64,000 nt of DNA from an uncultured delta proteobacterium (GCA_963769935.1 CAVYNY010000013.1:480001-544000); one strand, 5' to 3'; shown: positions 1 through 10,447, numbered from the stretch's first letter. Notes: generated by a model not told the origin, from the sequence alone. Numbers and translations: made by a program.

Positions 1-549
1 CCGCCGGTCTTCAATGAAGACACCAATGAGCATATTATTCTTTTGGTCAATTTTATTAACATAGAAAATCATATCGCTGAAATCGTCATTGAAGGTCTTT
101 TCCTTCAATCCGATATCCGGATTGGAAGCGGCGACTTCTTCGGTGAGTTCTTCCATCGACGACCGCCCCCATGGCAAAGCATATATGGTCATAAAGCCGG
201 TGAATACCGCTCCCAAAAGGCAAATTAACAGCACGGGCGGCAACAGGCCATAGAAGCTTAGGCCGCCGGACGTCAGGGCAATAATTTCATTATCACCGGA
301 CATCCGCAGAAAGGTCAGCAGAATTGCCAGCATCACGGACATGGGGACAACAAATATAAGAAAATCGGGCATGGAATAGATGATCATCCACAAAACGGTA
401 GAAATTCCGATGCCGTAGTTTACGATCCAGTTCGTGATTTCAAGCATATCCGAAATCAGGAATATGAAAGTAAAGAACAACAGGTTGAGCCCCAGGGGGA
501 GGAGCATTTCTCTAAAAATATATCGATTTACATTCGAATTGATCGTCAT
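1..549 (-). CDS. lptF: LPS export ABC permease LptF (5' part; runs off window edge)
   Basis: Manual translation from ATG at 549: MTINSNVNRYIFREMLLPLGLNLLFFTFIFL...LLTFLRMSGDNEIIAL..GG...GLKEKTFND; YjgP/YjgQ-family motifs; frame open to position 1. Confidence 0.85.
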   Translation of the reverse strand, partial: MTINSNVNRYIFREMLLPLGLNLLFFTFIFLISDMLEITNWIVNYGIGISTVLWMIIYSMPDFLIFVVPMSVMLAILLTFLRMSGDNEIIALTSGGLSFYGLLPPVLLICLLGAVFTGFMTIYALPWGRSSMEELTEEVAASNPDIGLKEKTFNDDFSDMIFYVNKIDQKNNMLIGVFIEDRR

Positions 550-918
550 CGCCTGCAATAGCGCGGTCGTGCCTTAATTAATTATTCCTGAATTTGCGAA
601 GTGGTGGCCGTTGATCCGAATTTCCCGGCTTTTCGGCAAGTCGATATTGAAGAGATCAGCGCTACGCAAATCGAAAGTTGTCGTCGTGACAGCGGATAAT
701 GGTCTTCATTTTACCCTAAATATGTCATTTGGCAAGGAAAATCAATCATATCAAATAACCGGCAACCTGGGTTATAAAACCGGCTCCGGCTTCTATGACT
801 GGAAAATCAAGGACATGGATTCTCTATCACAAACAAGAGATCGGTTTGTGATGCAAGCCCTTCGTTTTTTTCACGAAAGTGACCCTCCGAAGAAAGGACA
901 AGTTGGGAGATAAAAATT

Positions 919-2037
919 ATGGATCAGGATTTTTTGGTTTACATCGGAACCTACACAGAACCGATTCTTTTCGGGACGGGTAAAATCCTCCAAGGCAAAG
1001 GGGAAGGAATATATGTCTACCGCATGGATTCGGTTTCAGGCACCATGGAATTAATCAGAACGATCACCGGTATTACGAATCCGTCATATTTAGCCTTTGA
1101 TTCCAGTTGCAGTTACCTGTATGCCGTCAATGAATTAAAGTCATACCAGGGTGAACCAACCGGCACGGTTAGCGCATTTTCAGTAAATTCAAAAACCGGG
1201 CAGTTGACGTTTTTAAACAAAAAACCGACCGGCGGAACCGATCCTTGCCACCTGACAGTGGATAAGGCCGGCAGATATGTTCTGCTTGCCAATTTCATGA
1301 GCGGCAGCGTATGTGTCCTGCCGATCCGGGCTGATGGAAGTCTGGATGATGCCTCTGACTTTAAACAGCATCATGGCTCCAGCATTGATCCAAATCGCCA
1401 GCAAGGTCCCCATGCGCATGCGGTCACACTGGATGAGAGCAATCGGCATGCTTTTGTACCGGATCTCGGGTTGGATAGAACGCTGATTTATAGATTCGAT
1501 GTTGAATCAGGACGGTTGGAACCTGGTGAAGAACCATGGGCAGCGGTGAAACCCGGTGCGGGTCCGCGCCATCTCGTTTTCCACCCGAACGGCCGGTATG
1601 CTTATCTTATTAACGAACTTGATTCCACCATCACCGTCTATAAATACGACAGTAGGAAGGGAAAACTCCTTGATATCCAAACAATTTCGACGCTGCCGGA
1701 GGATTATCACGGCACGAACGCCTGCGCCGATTTGCATGTCTCTCCCTCTGGAAAATTTCTCTATGGTTCCAACCGGGGGCATGATAGCATTGTTATATAC
1801 AAAATCGATCAAACTGCCGGCCGACTTCACGGCATCGGTCATGAATCAACCCAGGGAAATACCCCCCGCAACTTTGCAATCGATCCTGCCGGCGGTTTTT
1901 TGCTCGCCGCCAACCAGGATTCCGACGCGATTGTTACCTTTCGCATCGACCCGCAATCGGGCGAGCTTCGTCCAACCGGGCAAGTTGTGGAAGTTCCAAC
2001 GCCTGTGTGTGTCAAAATAATTCTGATGAAATCGTAA
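919..2037 (+). CDS. pgl: 6-phosphogluconolactonase / lactonase family beta-propeller
   Basis: YIGTYT, NPSYL, PHAH, GAGPRH, SNRGHDSI, PRNF motifs. Confidence 0.9.
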   Translation: MDQDFLVYIGTYTEPILFGTGKILQGKGEGIYVYRMDSVSGTMELIRTITGITNPSYLAFDSSCSYLYAVNELKSYQGEPTGTVSAFSVNSKTGQLTFLNKKPTGGTDPCHLTVDKAGRYVLLANFMSGSVCVLPIRADGSLDDASDFKQHHGSSIDPNRQQGPHAHAVTLDESNRHAFVPDLGLDRTLIYRFDVESGRLEPGEEPWAAVKPGAGPRHLVFHPNGRYAYLINELDSTITVYKYDSRKGKLLDIQTISTLPEDYHGTNACADLHVSPSGKFLYGSNRGHDSIVIYKIDQTAGRLHGIGHESTQGNTPRNFAIDPAGGFLLAANQDSDAIVTFRIDPQSGELRPTGQVVEVPTPVCVKIILMKS

Positions 2038-2064
2038 AAAGTAATCTGAGGATTTCGCAAAAAT

Positions 2065-2185
2065 GTAGTGGCGGGGTTTATCCGGGCCTGGCTGTAAGCA
2101 TTTGCCTTAATGAACACTCGGCTGAATCATTCACGGACAACGGCCTGATTCGCCGCTTAGGCGGCGATAAACCCCGTCGTTATAC
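2065..2185. repeat. REP-like inverted repeat pair (GTAG type) between convergent genes
   Basis: GTAGTGGCGGGGTTTATC at 2065 and GATAAACCCCGTCGTTATAC ending 2185. Confidence 0.55.
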
Positions 2186-2211
2186 GGCTTGCTCCTTAAA
2201 GCGGTCCCAGG

Positions 2212-2568
2212 TCAAACCCTGTCCGGTGCAAACCCTCTGCCTTTTTCCATCAATTCTTTGCGCGGCGGGCTGAAAAGATCGACCAGGATCGTCTCCTCGA
2301 CGTAGTGGGATTCATGGGCCGCCATGGATTCGATCATGTAGGAATCGCCGGGATTCAGCGTCAGGGTCTGGTCCCCTGTTTTAAATTCGATCTTGCCTTT
2401 AACGACATAACCGCACTGCTCGGCGGCGTGGCGCTCCATAGGCCAGGTACAGCCTTTAGCAAATTTGTAGAGCACCATCATCATGTTGTCTCCCATAATG
2501 ACTTTACGGCTCACTTCATCAGAGACAGGTTCCCATTCGATAGCGTCCCAAACAACTTTCTGTGGCAT
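2212..2568 (-). CDS. Cupin domain protein
   Basis: ERHAAEQCGYV and AHES cupin motifs; start set at MPQKV behind AGGAGG. Confidence 0.85.
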   Translation of the reverse strand: MPQKVVWDAIEWEPVSDEVSRKVIMGDNMMMVLYKFAKGCTWPMERHAAEQCGYVVKGKIEFKTGDQTLTLNPGDSYMIESMAAHESHYVEETILVDLFSPPRKELMEKGRGFAPDRV

Positions 2569-2674
2569 AATAGGCCTCCTTTCAATGATTAATAAGTAAA
2601 TACATATTCGACCGTAATTAGCTTCAACATTCGGTTTTAAACGTTCGATGTTCAATGTTCAGTTGGTTCGAATT

Positions 2675-3565
2675 TCATTTTTCCACAAGACCGAATCTCT
2701 CCTTACCGTAAATCATGACTATCGAGCCCAAAATGATCAATGAAGCCCCGATAATAAAACCTGTTGTCAGCCGCTCATTTAATATAATCATGGCATAAAT
2801 CGTTCCCTGGATTGGCTTGAAAAAAAAGACGATGCTGCCGACATTGGTTGAAGTCAATTCCATCCCTTTGTAATAGCATACAAATGTAATGCCGGAGCCC
2901 AGTATGCCCAGATACAGCAGCGGGAGAATATTACCCGTGCTGATGCCGGCGAACCAGGGAATGCCCGCCACAGGCAAGAACAATCCCAGCGACACGGTGC
3001 CGCAGATGACGACGATGGTAAAGGCGACCAGATTGCCGAATTTACCCGTCGTTTTTCTCATCAGAACATTGTAGAAGGCAAATGTGACGGCCGCGAAACT
3101 CAGGTGCAGAAAATAGATATCGAATTTATCGTTGAAAGGGTTGGATATAAACAGCAAACCGGCTATTTCCAGCGCTATGGAGGAAACGATAAAAATATTC
3201 GGTTTTTCATTCAGAATCCAGGCGGCAAAAATGGCAATAAAAACGGGATTGGACGAAAATACAAAGGTAGACAGCGAAGCCGCCGTATTTTGAATAGCAA
3301 CCTGGAGAAATACCATACTGATCGGAATATAAAGGATTCCAAGGCCGATCATGAAAAGCAGGTCCCGGGGCTGAATGACGACCTGCCGTCGCCGAGCATC
3401 ATGAATCGCGAACGGCAGCAGCGCCAGGCCGCCAATCAGGAATCGCAGGAAATTTAACTGGATCGCACCGATTCCATGCACCAGTTTGGAAATGACCTCA
3501 AACGGTCCGAAAATCAGAATGGTCAGGGTAAGATACAGATAGCCTTTGTTCAAAATATTCCCCAT
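2675..3565 (-). CDS. DMT/EamA family transporter
   Basis: About 10 hydrophobic segments, two EamA-like halves (LRF, ILNEK/ILNER). Confidence 0.9.
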   Translation of the reverse strand: MGNILNKGYLYLTLTILIFGPFEVISKLVHGIGAIQLNFLRFLIGGLALLPFAIHDARRRQVVIQPRDLLFMIGLGILYIPISMVFLQVAIQNTAASLSTFVFSSNPVFIAIFAAWILNEKPNIFIVSSIALEIAGLLFISNPFNDKFDIYFLHLSFAAVTFAFYNVLMRKTTGKFGNLVAFTIVVICGTVSLGLFLPVAGIPWFAGISTGNILPLLYLGILGSGITFVCYYKGMELTSTNVGSIVFFFKPIQGTIYAMIILNERLTTGFIIGASLIILGSIVMIYGKERFGLVEK

Positions 3566-3768
3566 TTAAAGTTTGAAACGCTCAAATCAGGTATCATTTG
3601 GACGCACTGGATTATATCGCTGGAATTCGCCCCCCGTGTCAACGCTTTTTTAGTCTAAATAAAATATTTTTATCCAGATAAAAAAATGGGCGCGGCGGAT
3701 ACCAGACCCTGTTTTTTTAGCAACCTTAGGCTGGATTTGCCTTAAATAAAAAAAATTGCTAATTTTTC

Positions 3769-3798
3769 TTGACAAATGCCATTCAGTGTTATTAATAA
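3769..3798 (+). promoter_or_regulatory. Putative sigma70 promoter of regulator/operon 1
   Basis: TTGACA at 3769-3774 and AT-rich -10-like TATTAATAA at 3790-3798. Confidence 0.5.
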
Positions 3799-3848
3799 AT
3801 TTCATTCTTAATAAAATTCTAATAAAATAAACTTCTGGATTTGAAAAA

Positions 3849-4424
3849 GTGCTGATTGACGGCAAAAGCTTCGGTGAAAAAGTAAGAGCGCTTCGCATGC
3901 AGCGCGGGCTGACCCTGACCCATCTGGCCGAAAAAACCAGCCGCTCGGTCAGTCTGCTCAGCCAGATCGAAACCGGCAATGTCAGTCCCTCTTTCAGCAG
4001 CATGCAAACCATCGCCGACGCTTTGGAAGTGTCCCTGGCGCAGATCATTTCAGCGGAAAATGCGGCCGAAGGCGGAGATTTCTACCACATCGGTGAATCT
4101 GAACGCAAAGTTCTGATCACCCAGGGGGGGGTTCAGCACCAGCTTTTATCGCGCGGCCTGCCCCTTTCGTTTGAATTCAGCTTTATTGAAGTACCCCCGG
4201 GCGCATCCACCGGTGATCCCCTGTACTCTCACGAGGGTGAAGAATGCGGCGTTCTGCTTGAAGGTGAATTGGTGCTGGAAATCGGCCTGCAGGTATACCA
4301 TTTGAAGCCGGGGGATTCGATTACCATGAAATCCTCCCTGCCGCACAAGCTGTCCAATCCCGGTAATCAAAAAGCCCGGGCTTTATGGGTTAATTCGGTA
4401 CCCTATATTTTTTCGACAAGATGA
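3849..4424 (+). CDS. XRE-family HTH plus cupin transcriptional regulator
   Basis: LSQIETGNVSPS HTH; HEGEECGVLLEG...PH cupin sensor. Confidence 0.92.
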   Translation: MLIDGKSFGEKVRALRMQRGLTLTHLAEKTSRSVSLLSQIETGNVSPSFSSMQTIADALEVSLAQIISAENAAEGGDFYHIGESERKVLITQGGVQHQLLSRGLPLSFEFSFIEVPPGASTGDPLYSHEGEECGVLLEGELVLEIGLQVYHLKPGDSITMKSSLPHKLSNPGNQKARALWVNSVPYIFSTR

Positions 4425-4506
4425 TGGGGTAAGAACAAGTGATTATTGGTAATAGTGTCAAAAATCGGTATGATAGCAAACGTCCGTCGGATTTCAAAAG
4501 GGGGTA

Positions 4507-5580
4507 GTGCGCGTGATTCCAAAATCAATGAAGGCCTGCATGCTGACAGGCGTCAACCAGTTCGCCATTCGAGAGATACCCGTCCCAACTCCCGGTCCTT
4601 CCGAAGTTCTTTGCCGGATCAAGGCCATTGCTATTTGTGGAACCGATCCCGAGATCGTCAAAGGCAAGCACCTGAACCGCAACTGGCCCCCTGAATTTCC
4701 GTTCGTATTGGGGCATGAGTGGTCGGGGGAGATCGTCAAATTAGGCGAAGGGGTCAGCGGCTTTATGGTCGGCGACCGTGTGGCCGGGGAGGCTCACAAA
4801 GGCTGCGGCCATTGCGCGAACTGTCTGAAGGGCCAATACACCCTTTGTCTCAACTATGGGAAAGGCGAAACCGGCCATCGCCACTACGGCTTCACCAATC
4901 CCGGCGCCAACTGCGAATACAACGCCTATTCCATCAAGGCCATACGAAAGATCCCGCCCTCCTTGAGCTTTCCCCATGCCGCCCTGCTGGACACTGCCGG
5001 TGTTGCGCTGCACGGCATCAAGCTGATTGGAATCACCCCGGGAGGCACCGTGGCGGTTTTCGGTCCGGGCCCGATCGGCCTGTGTGCGATGCAGATCGCT
5101 AAAGGCTTGGGTGCCAAGAATGTTGTGATGGTCGGCCGCGCACCGAGGTTGTCCGTGGCCAAAGAAATCGGCGCCAATCACGTAATCGATTTTGAAAAGG
5201 AAGATCCGGTGGCCCGCATCATGGAAATTACCCAGGGACTGGGCGCCGACGAAGTCCTGGAATGCTCCGGCGCCGCAGTGACCCCGGGGCAAAGCATCGA
5301 TTGCGTTAAAAAAGGCGGCAAAATCGATCTGATCGGATTCTACGACGACGAGCACGCAGACATTCCGTCGATCACCAAATTGGTGGTAAACGAGATCCTG
5401 ATTACCGGTTCGAGGGCGAACCCGAATGTCTCCGACGAGGTCATCCGGCTCTTCCAGGCGGGCGTGCTGAAAGGCGACAAGGTGGTCTCCCACCGGTTTC
5501 CGCTGGAAAAATACGCCGAGGGTTTCGATACCTTTGTCAACCGCAAAGACGGGGCCATCAAGGTGGTTATCGAGCCATAG
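4507..5580 (+). CDS. Zn-dependent alcohol/polyol dehydrogenase (MDR), paralog 1
   Basis: ICGTD, GHEW, CGHCANC..C structural Zn, GPGPIG. Confidence 0.92.
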   Translation: MRVIPKSMKACMLTGVNQFAIREIPVPTPGPSEVLCRIKAIAICGTDPEIVKGKHLNRNWPPEFPFVLGHEWSGEIVKLGEGVSGFMVGDRVAGEAHKGCGHCANCLKGQYTLCLNYGKGETGHRHYGFTNPGANCEYNAYSIKAIRKIPPSLSFPHAALLDTAGVALHGIKLIGITPGGTVAVFGPGPIGLCAMQIAKGLGAKNVVMVGRAPRLSVAKEIGANHVIDFEKEDPVARIMEITQGLGADEVLECSGAAVTPGQSIDCVKKGGKIDLIGFYDDEHADIPSITKLVVNEILITGSRANPNVSDEVIRLFQAGVLKGDKVVSHRFPLEKYAEGFDTFVNRKDGAIKVVIEP

Positions 5581-5700
5581 GTGACGGCTTAAAAAAAAGC
5601 CGCTATCGGCGCTGCGCGTTTCCGCCCGGGGCGGATCCGGGGCTGGCTACGATTGAAATGCCGCCCAGGCGCTATTTCAATCTTCTGATAGGAGAGGGGC

Positions 5701-7188
5701 ATGCTTGAATTCAAGGGCATTTCCAAAAACTTCAAAGGCGTCAAGGCCCTCAATAAAGTCTCCTTCTCCATACCCGACGGGGTTATCCACGGGATCGTCG
5801 GCGAAAACGGCGCGGGCAAGAGCACGCTGATGAAAATTTTATCCGGTGTCTACCCGCCGGACAGCGGCCGCATCGAGCTGGACGGCTCCGCCATGGTGTT
5901 CGATACCCCTGAAAAGGCCTACGATGCCGGGGTGAGAATCGTGCATCAGGAACTCAGCCTGATCCGGTCCTTAACCATTGCCCAGAACATGTTTATCCAC
6001 CGGTTTCGGCGGGCTAAGCTCAAATTTATAGATCAGAAGCTCATTGAAGCCGAAGCGGCGGAAATGCTGCGCGAATGGCAAATCGACATCCCGCCGTCAA
6101 CCCTGGTTTCCGAATTGTCCATGGGGACCCGGCAGCTGGTTGAAATCGCCCGCGAGCTGTCGACCGGCGGCCGGATCATCATCCTCGACGAACCCACCTC
6201 GTCGCTGACCTTTAAGGAGATAGACCTGTTGTTCAGCGTGCTGCGCCTGCTGCGCGGCAAGGGATATATCATCATTTTTATTTCCCACCGCCTGAATGAA
6301 GTGATCGACCTGGTCGATCGGATCACCGTCCTGAGAGACGGAGAGGTGGTGGCAACGGCCGAGACCAGGGAATTGGACACGGCTCAGATCATCAACCTGA
6401 TCGCCGGCAGGGACCTGCGCGAGTTGTTTCCCAAAACGTCGGCACCGATCGGCAGTGTGGCGATCGAGGTCAGGAATTTGAGCGGAAAGGGCTTCAAGGA
6501 CATCAGCTTCAAGGTGCACTGGGGAGAAGTTCTGGGCATCGCCGGTCTGGTCGGCTCCGGGCGCAGTGAACTGGTCCGGACCATCTACGGCGTCAACGAG
6601 TGCCGCGGGGGCGAAATCCGTCTTGAAGACACGCCGGTCCGCATCAGATCGCCCAAAGAGGCCATCCAGATGGGAATCAGCCTGCTCAGTGAAGACCGGG
6701 AAGCCGAGGGGATGTTTCCGGATCTGAGCGTCTCAAAGAACCTGATCATACTAAAGATAAGGGAAGTACTGAAGAATTATTTCCTCAGCAAAAGCAAGAT
6801 CGAAGCCAAGGCCGCCCGCCTCGTCCACGAACTCAACATTGTGACCTACGATCAGGAGAAGCAGATCGTATCGGAGCTCTCCGGCGGCAACAAACAGAAG
6901 GTGATTTTGGGAAGACTGACAGGCTCGAAACCCAAAATCCTGCTTCTCGACGAACCGACCCGGGGGGTGGACATCGCCAACAAAACGGAAATTCACAAGA
7001 TCATGGGCCGGTTTTTGAATCAGGGGGGCGCCGTCGTGATGGTGTCCTCGGAGTTGAACGAATTGATCGGCGTCAGCGACAGGATCCTGGTTCTGAATGA
7101 AGGGGAATTCGGAGCCATCTATGAGCGCAACGAATTTGAGAAAGAGGAAATACTGCGATGTATGATGAAAGTGTGCCTGGCCGCCTAG
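5701..7188 (+). CDS. Sugar ABC transporter ATP-binding protein (RbsA-like)
   Basis: GENGAGKS, two DEPT motifs, LSGGNKQK. Confidence 0.95.
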   Translation: MLEFKGISKNFKGVKALNKVSFSIPDGVIHGIVGENGAGKSTLMKILSGVYPPDSGRIELDGSAMVFDTPEKAYDAGVRIVHQELSLIRSLTIAQNMFIHRFRRAKLKFIDQKLIEAEAAEMLREWQIDIPPSTLVSELSMGTRQLVEIARELSTGGRIIILDEPTSSLTFKEIDLLFSVLRLLRGKGYIIIFISHRLNEVIDLVDRITVLRDGEVVATAETRELDTAQIINLIAGRDLRELFPKTSAPIGSVAIEVRNLSGKGFKDISFKVHWGEVLGIAGLVGSGRSELVRTIYGVNECRGGEIRLEDTPVRIRSPKEAIQMGISLLSEDREAEGMFPDLSVSKNLIILKIREVLKNYFLSKSKIEAKAARLVHELNIVTYDQEKQIVSELSGGNKQKVILGRLTGSKPKILLLDEPTRGVDIANKTEIHKIMGRFLNQGGAVVMVSSELNELIGVSDRILVLNEGEFGAIYERNEFEKEEILRCMMKVCLAA

Positions 7189-8147
7189 CATCCAAAAACA
7201 TATTGGGAGTATCGCTCAATTTCAACAACGTGCAGCGCCTGTTCCTGCTCTCGGCCCTCGTGGTGGTGATCATCAGCATGACGCTGCTGAATCCCCGATT
7301 CCTGTCGTGGGGGAACATCATCAACATCAACCGCCAGATGTCGATCAACCTGATCATAGCCGTGGCAATGACCTACTGCATCATCTCCGGCGGGTTTGAT
7401 CTGTCGGTCGGATCGGTCGGGGCAATGGCCGGCTGTCTGACGGGCATCATCCTGGCATCGACCGGCAACATCCCGCTCGCCATCGCCGCTGGGCTTGCTT
7501 CCGGCGGGATCGTGGGGATCGCCAACGGGTTCGTCATCGCCAAACTGAAGGTCCCGCCCTTTGTGGCTACCTTGGGGACCATGTCGGTGGCGCGCGGCGT
7601 GGCCCTGCTGGTCACCGGCGGGATCATTATCAGCGGCTTCCCGGACAGTTTCAACTTCATCGGAACCGGATTTATATTCGGCATTCCGGTGCCGGTCATC
7701 ATCATGGTAATCGTTGTGGCCATCGGGCATATCGTCCTGTCCAAGACGGAATTCGGGCTGAACGTCTATGCTCTCGGCGGCAATTTCAAGGCATCCCGCC
7801 TGGCTGGGCTTGAAAACGACAAGATGATCATGAAGATTTACACCCTGAGCGGGCTGCTGTCCGCCATGGCCGGAATCATTCTCACGGCGCGCGTCATCTC
7901 AGCCCAGCCCGGGTTGATGGAAACGACGAACCTGGACGTGATTGCGGCCGTCGTCGTAGGCGGTTCATCGCTGGCCGGGGGCAAGGGGTCCATCGGCAAC
8001 ACGATCCTGGGCTCGGTTTTGATGGCGGCCCTGTTCAACGGCTTGAACATCATCGGTATCGGTTACGAATGGCAGCTGGTCGTAATCGGAATCATCGTCA
8101 TCATGGCGGTGGCCCTTGATATGATCTCCAGAAAAAACGAAATTTAA
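7158..8147 (+). CDS. Sugar ABC transporter permease (RbsC-like); start uncertain
   Basis: GGFDLSVG, PPFVATLG, IAAVVVGGSSLAGG. Confidence 0.93.
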   Translation: MYDESVPGRLASKNILGVSLNFNNVQRLFLLSALVVVIISMTLLNPRFLSWGNIININRQMSINLIIAVAMTYCIISGGFDLSVGSVGAMAGCLTGIILASTGNIPLAIAAGLASGGIVGIANGFVIAKLKVPPFVATLGTMSVARGVALLVTGGIIISGFPDSFNFIGTGFIFGIPVPVIIMVIVVAIGHIVLSKTEFGLNVYALGGNFKASRLAGLENDKMIMKIYTLSGLLSAMAGIILTARVISAQPGLMETTNLDVIAAVVVGGSSLAGGKGSIGNTILGSVLMAALFNGLNIIGIGYEWQLVVIGIIVIMAVALDMISRKNEI

Positions 8148-8277
8148 CCGGTAACAATCTTGGATCCCGATGGATGGTCATCGAGACCAGCGAAAGGATA
8201 TAGTGGCGTGCAGCGGATCGTGGACCCGTTGCCTAATCATATCCAAATAACCCAATCCAATCTTGAAGGAGGAAAAA

Positions 8278-9273
8278 ATGCGTAGATTAAATCTGATGGT
8301 ACTGATCGGCTTGATTGCATTCGCAGTTATCGTATCCATGTCGGCCATGCCGGCTCAGGCCCAGAAAAAAAATGTCGTCATCGGTTCCAGTATGGTTCAA
8401 AAAGACAGCGACTGGTGGGCGGTGATGGGCAAGTTCGTGGAGCAGGCGGCTGAAGCGGAGGGTTTCGAGGTCATCACCCTGTGGGCCGGAGGTGACCAGG
8501 AGAAGCAGATCAAGGATATGGAGGATCTGATCCAGCGCAAGGTCAATGCGATTGTTATGGGCCCGGTGCAGCAGGACGGCAGCATGGTCGCCATTAATGA
8601 GGCCGCCAAAGCCGGGATCCCCGTTATCACGGTGGGCCGCCGGTCGAAGACGGACAAACAGTATGCCGAGGTGTGGGCAAATGAGCCCCAGTTCGGGGTC
8701 GAGCAGGTGACCCAGATCGCCAAGGATTTCCCCAAAGGAGGCAACATAGTCTATTTGTTCGGCCCGGTGGGCGCCGGTTATGCCATCCAGATGTGGGACC
8801 AGGGCGTCGTTCCGACCATGAAGAAACATCCGAACCTTAAAATTCTCCAGAAGTACAGCTCCCCGAGCGACATCGCCTCGGACGGCATGAAGAACGCCGA
8901 AGACGCTATTGTCCGGTACGACAACATCGACATCATCGCCTGCAGCAACGACGGGTTGGCGCTGGGTGCGGTGCGGGCCGTTCAGGCCGCCGGCAAGGCG
9001 GGCAAGATCACCGTCTATGGCGCCGGGGCCACGGAAATGGGTATGCAGGCCATCGCTGACGGCGAGATGCGCTACACGACGATCAAGAGCCAGGCGAAAA
9101 TGGCGCAGATAGCCATGCAAAAAGTGGTGATGGCCATAAACGGCAAGCCGGTCGGCGAAAAGATCAACCTGGTGGCACCGATTGTCGTCACCAAGGAAAA
9201 TGTCCTCACCGTCAGGGACGCGATGTTCGGTGGCACAGTAACCGACCCGGGAACTTTCAAACCCAAAAAGTAG
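8278..9273 (+). CDS. Sugar ABC substrate-binding protein (RbsB fold)
   Basis: Signal peptide ending AQA, AGIPVITV, ND..ALGA; RBS AAGGAGG. Confidence 0.9.
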   Translation: MRRLNLMVLIGLIAFAVIVSMSAMPAQAQKKNVVIGSSMVQKDSDWWAVMGKFVEQAAEAEGFEVITLWAGGDQEKQIKDMEDLIQRKVNAIVMGPVQQDGSMVAINEAAKAGIPVITVGRRSKTDKQYAEVWANEPQFGVEQVTQIAKDFPKGGNIVYLFGPVGAGYAIQMWDQGVVPTMKKHPNLKILQKYSSPSDIASDGMKNAEDAIVRYDNIDIIACSNDGLALGAVRAVQAAGKAGKITVYGAGATEMGMQAIADGEMRYTTIKSQAKMAQIAMQKVVMAINGKPVGEKINLVAPIVVTKENVLTVRDAMFGGTVTDPGTFKPKK

Positions 9274-9549
9274 CAAGCGCTAAAAGGCAGCCGCCGTGAA
9301 ACGGAGCCCGGCAAAGTCCCGTTTCACGGGGAACGCGGAAATAAACGGCAGGCCTTCCTAAATGCCGGGGGCCAGGCCTGCCGGATTTATACATCGTCAT
9401 TGTTCCAGCCGTCGGCGATAGGCGCTGAATGCGGACGCCGTCACGCCGATCGGCCATGCGAAACCACATAAAAGCAATCGCGTGCACCGACGCGCTGTTT
9501 GGATTGTGCGGCAGCAATGCGGTTGCGCTATTTTCGGAGGATGCAAACC

Positions 9550-9945
9550 ATGGGAAAGTCACCTGCAACCAATGCGGACATGCGAAGCACGGTATTCGAT
9601 TATGAATGGAAGGAAGTCGGCGAGGAACGCGGCGGACCCATCCCGGGCATCAAAGAAAAACTGCTGGCGGTCGATCCTGAAACCGGGGCGTATACACGAA
9701 TCGTGATATTCGAACCCGGCTTCAAGTTCAAGAAGGCCTTGCAGCATCCTTTCTGGGAGGAGCTGTTCATGCTGGAAGGCCACCTGATTGATTACGGCAC
9801 CAACACGGTTTACACCAAGGGTTTCTATGCCCTCAGGCCTGCGGGCGTAGTTCATGGACCTTTTGGGACGGACCTGGGATGCACGCTGCTTGAAACGGCC
9901 TGGTACAGCAAGGATTGGTATCTGGAAAAATATAGCCAACCATAA
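9550..9945 (+). CDS. Cupin domain protein (ChrR-like)
   Basis: HPFWEELFMLEG and RPAGVVHGPF; GGAGG upstream; start uncertain. Confidence 0.8.
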   Translation: MGKSPATNADMRSTVFDYEWKEVGEERGGPIPGIKEKLLAVDPETGAYTRIVIFEPGFKFKKALQHPFWEELFMLEGHLIDYGTNTVYTKGFYALRPAGVVHGPFGTDLGCTLLETAWYSKDWYLEKYSQP

Positions 9946-10032
9946 AATAGTGCTCAAAAGATCAGTTTTAGTAACCTATTAAACGTCCCTATATTGATGA
10001 AACTATGGGCTTGGTAAGGAGACATTGGAAAT

Positions 10033-10386
10033 ATGAAGGTTTATCGAAAAGGCACGGGGGAAAAATACACGCCGTTCAACCATTTTGATATGACAACCCA
10101 GGTCATATTCAATCCGGATACCGGCTGCCCCAAGGTGAACGCCACCCTCACGACACTGAAAAAAGGTTCCGGCAGTAATGATGAAATCCACGAGACCTCG
10201 GATCAGCTTTTGTTTATGATTCAGGGCGCTATGAATGTCTATGCTCACGGCAACCTGCTTGAAACACTGAACACTGGCGATGCCTTGCTGATAAACGCCG
10301 GAGACACCCACGCTGTGAAAAATGAGAAGGACACGGATGCCGTCTTTCTTGCGATAACGGTGCCCCCGCTCGATAAAACGCACTGA
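10033..10386 (+). CDS. Cupin domain protein
   Basis: EIHETSDQ and AGDTHAVKN; RBS AAGGAG. Confidence 0.85.
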   Translation: MKVYRKGTGEKYTPFNHFDMTTQVIFNPDTGCPKVNATLTTLKKGSGSNDEIHETSDQLLFMIQGAMNVYAHGNLLETLNTGDALLINAGDTHAVKNEKDTDAVFLAITVPPLDKTH

Positions 10387-10447
10387 CATTCCGATCAACC
10401 CGGGAATCCGGGTGAACCAGCAGTACCCCGCGGAGGAGGAAAACGTG

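Noticed and set aside
611..913. 100-aa ORF upstream of pgl
   Set aside because: TTG start, no recognisable motif, lies in a divergent promoter region
8287..9276. Long antisense or alternate-frame ORFs (also 10660-11529, 28539-29525, 31767-32750 and others)
   Set aside because: Shadows of GC-rich real genes with no motifs of their own
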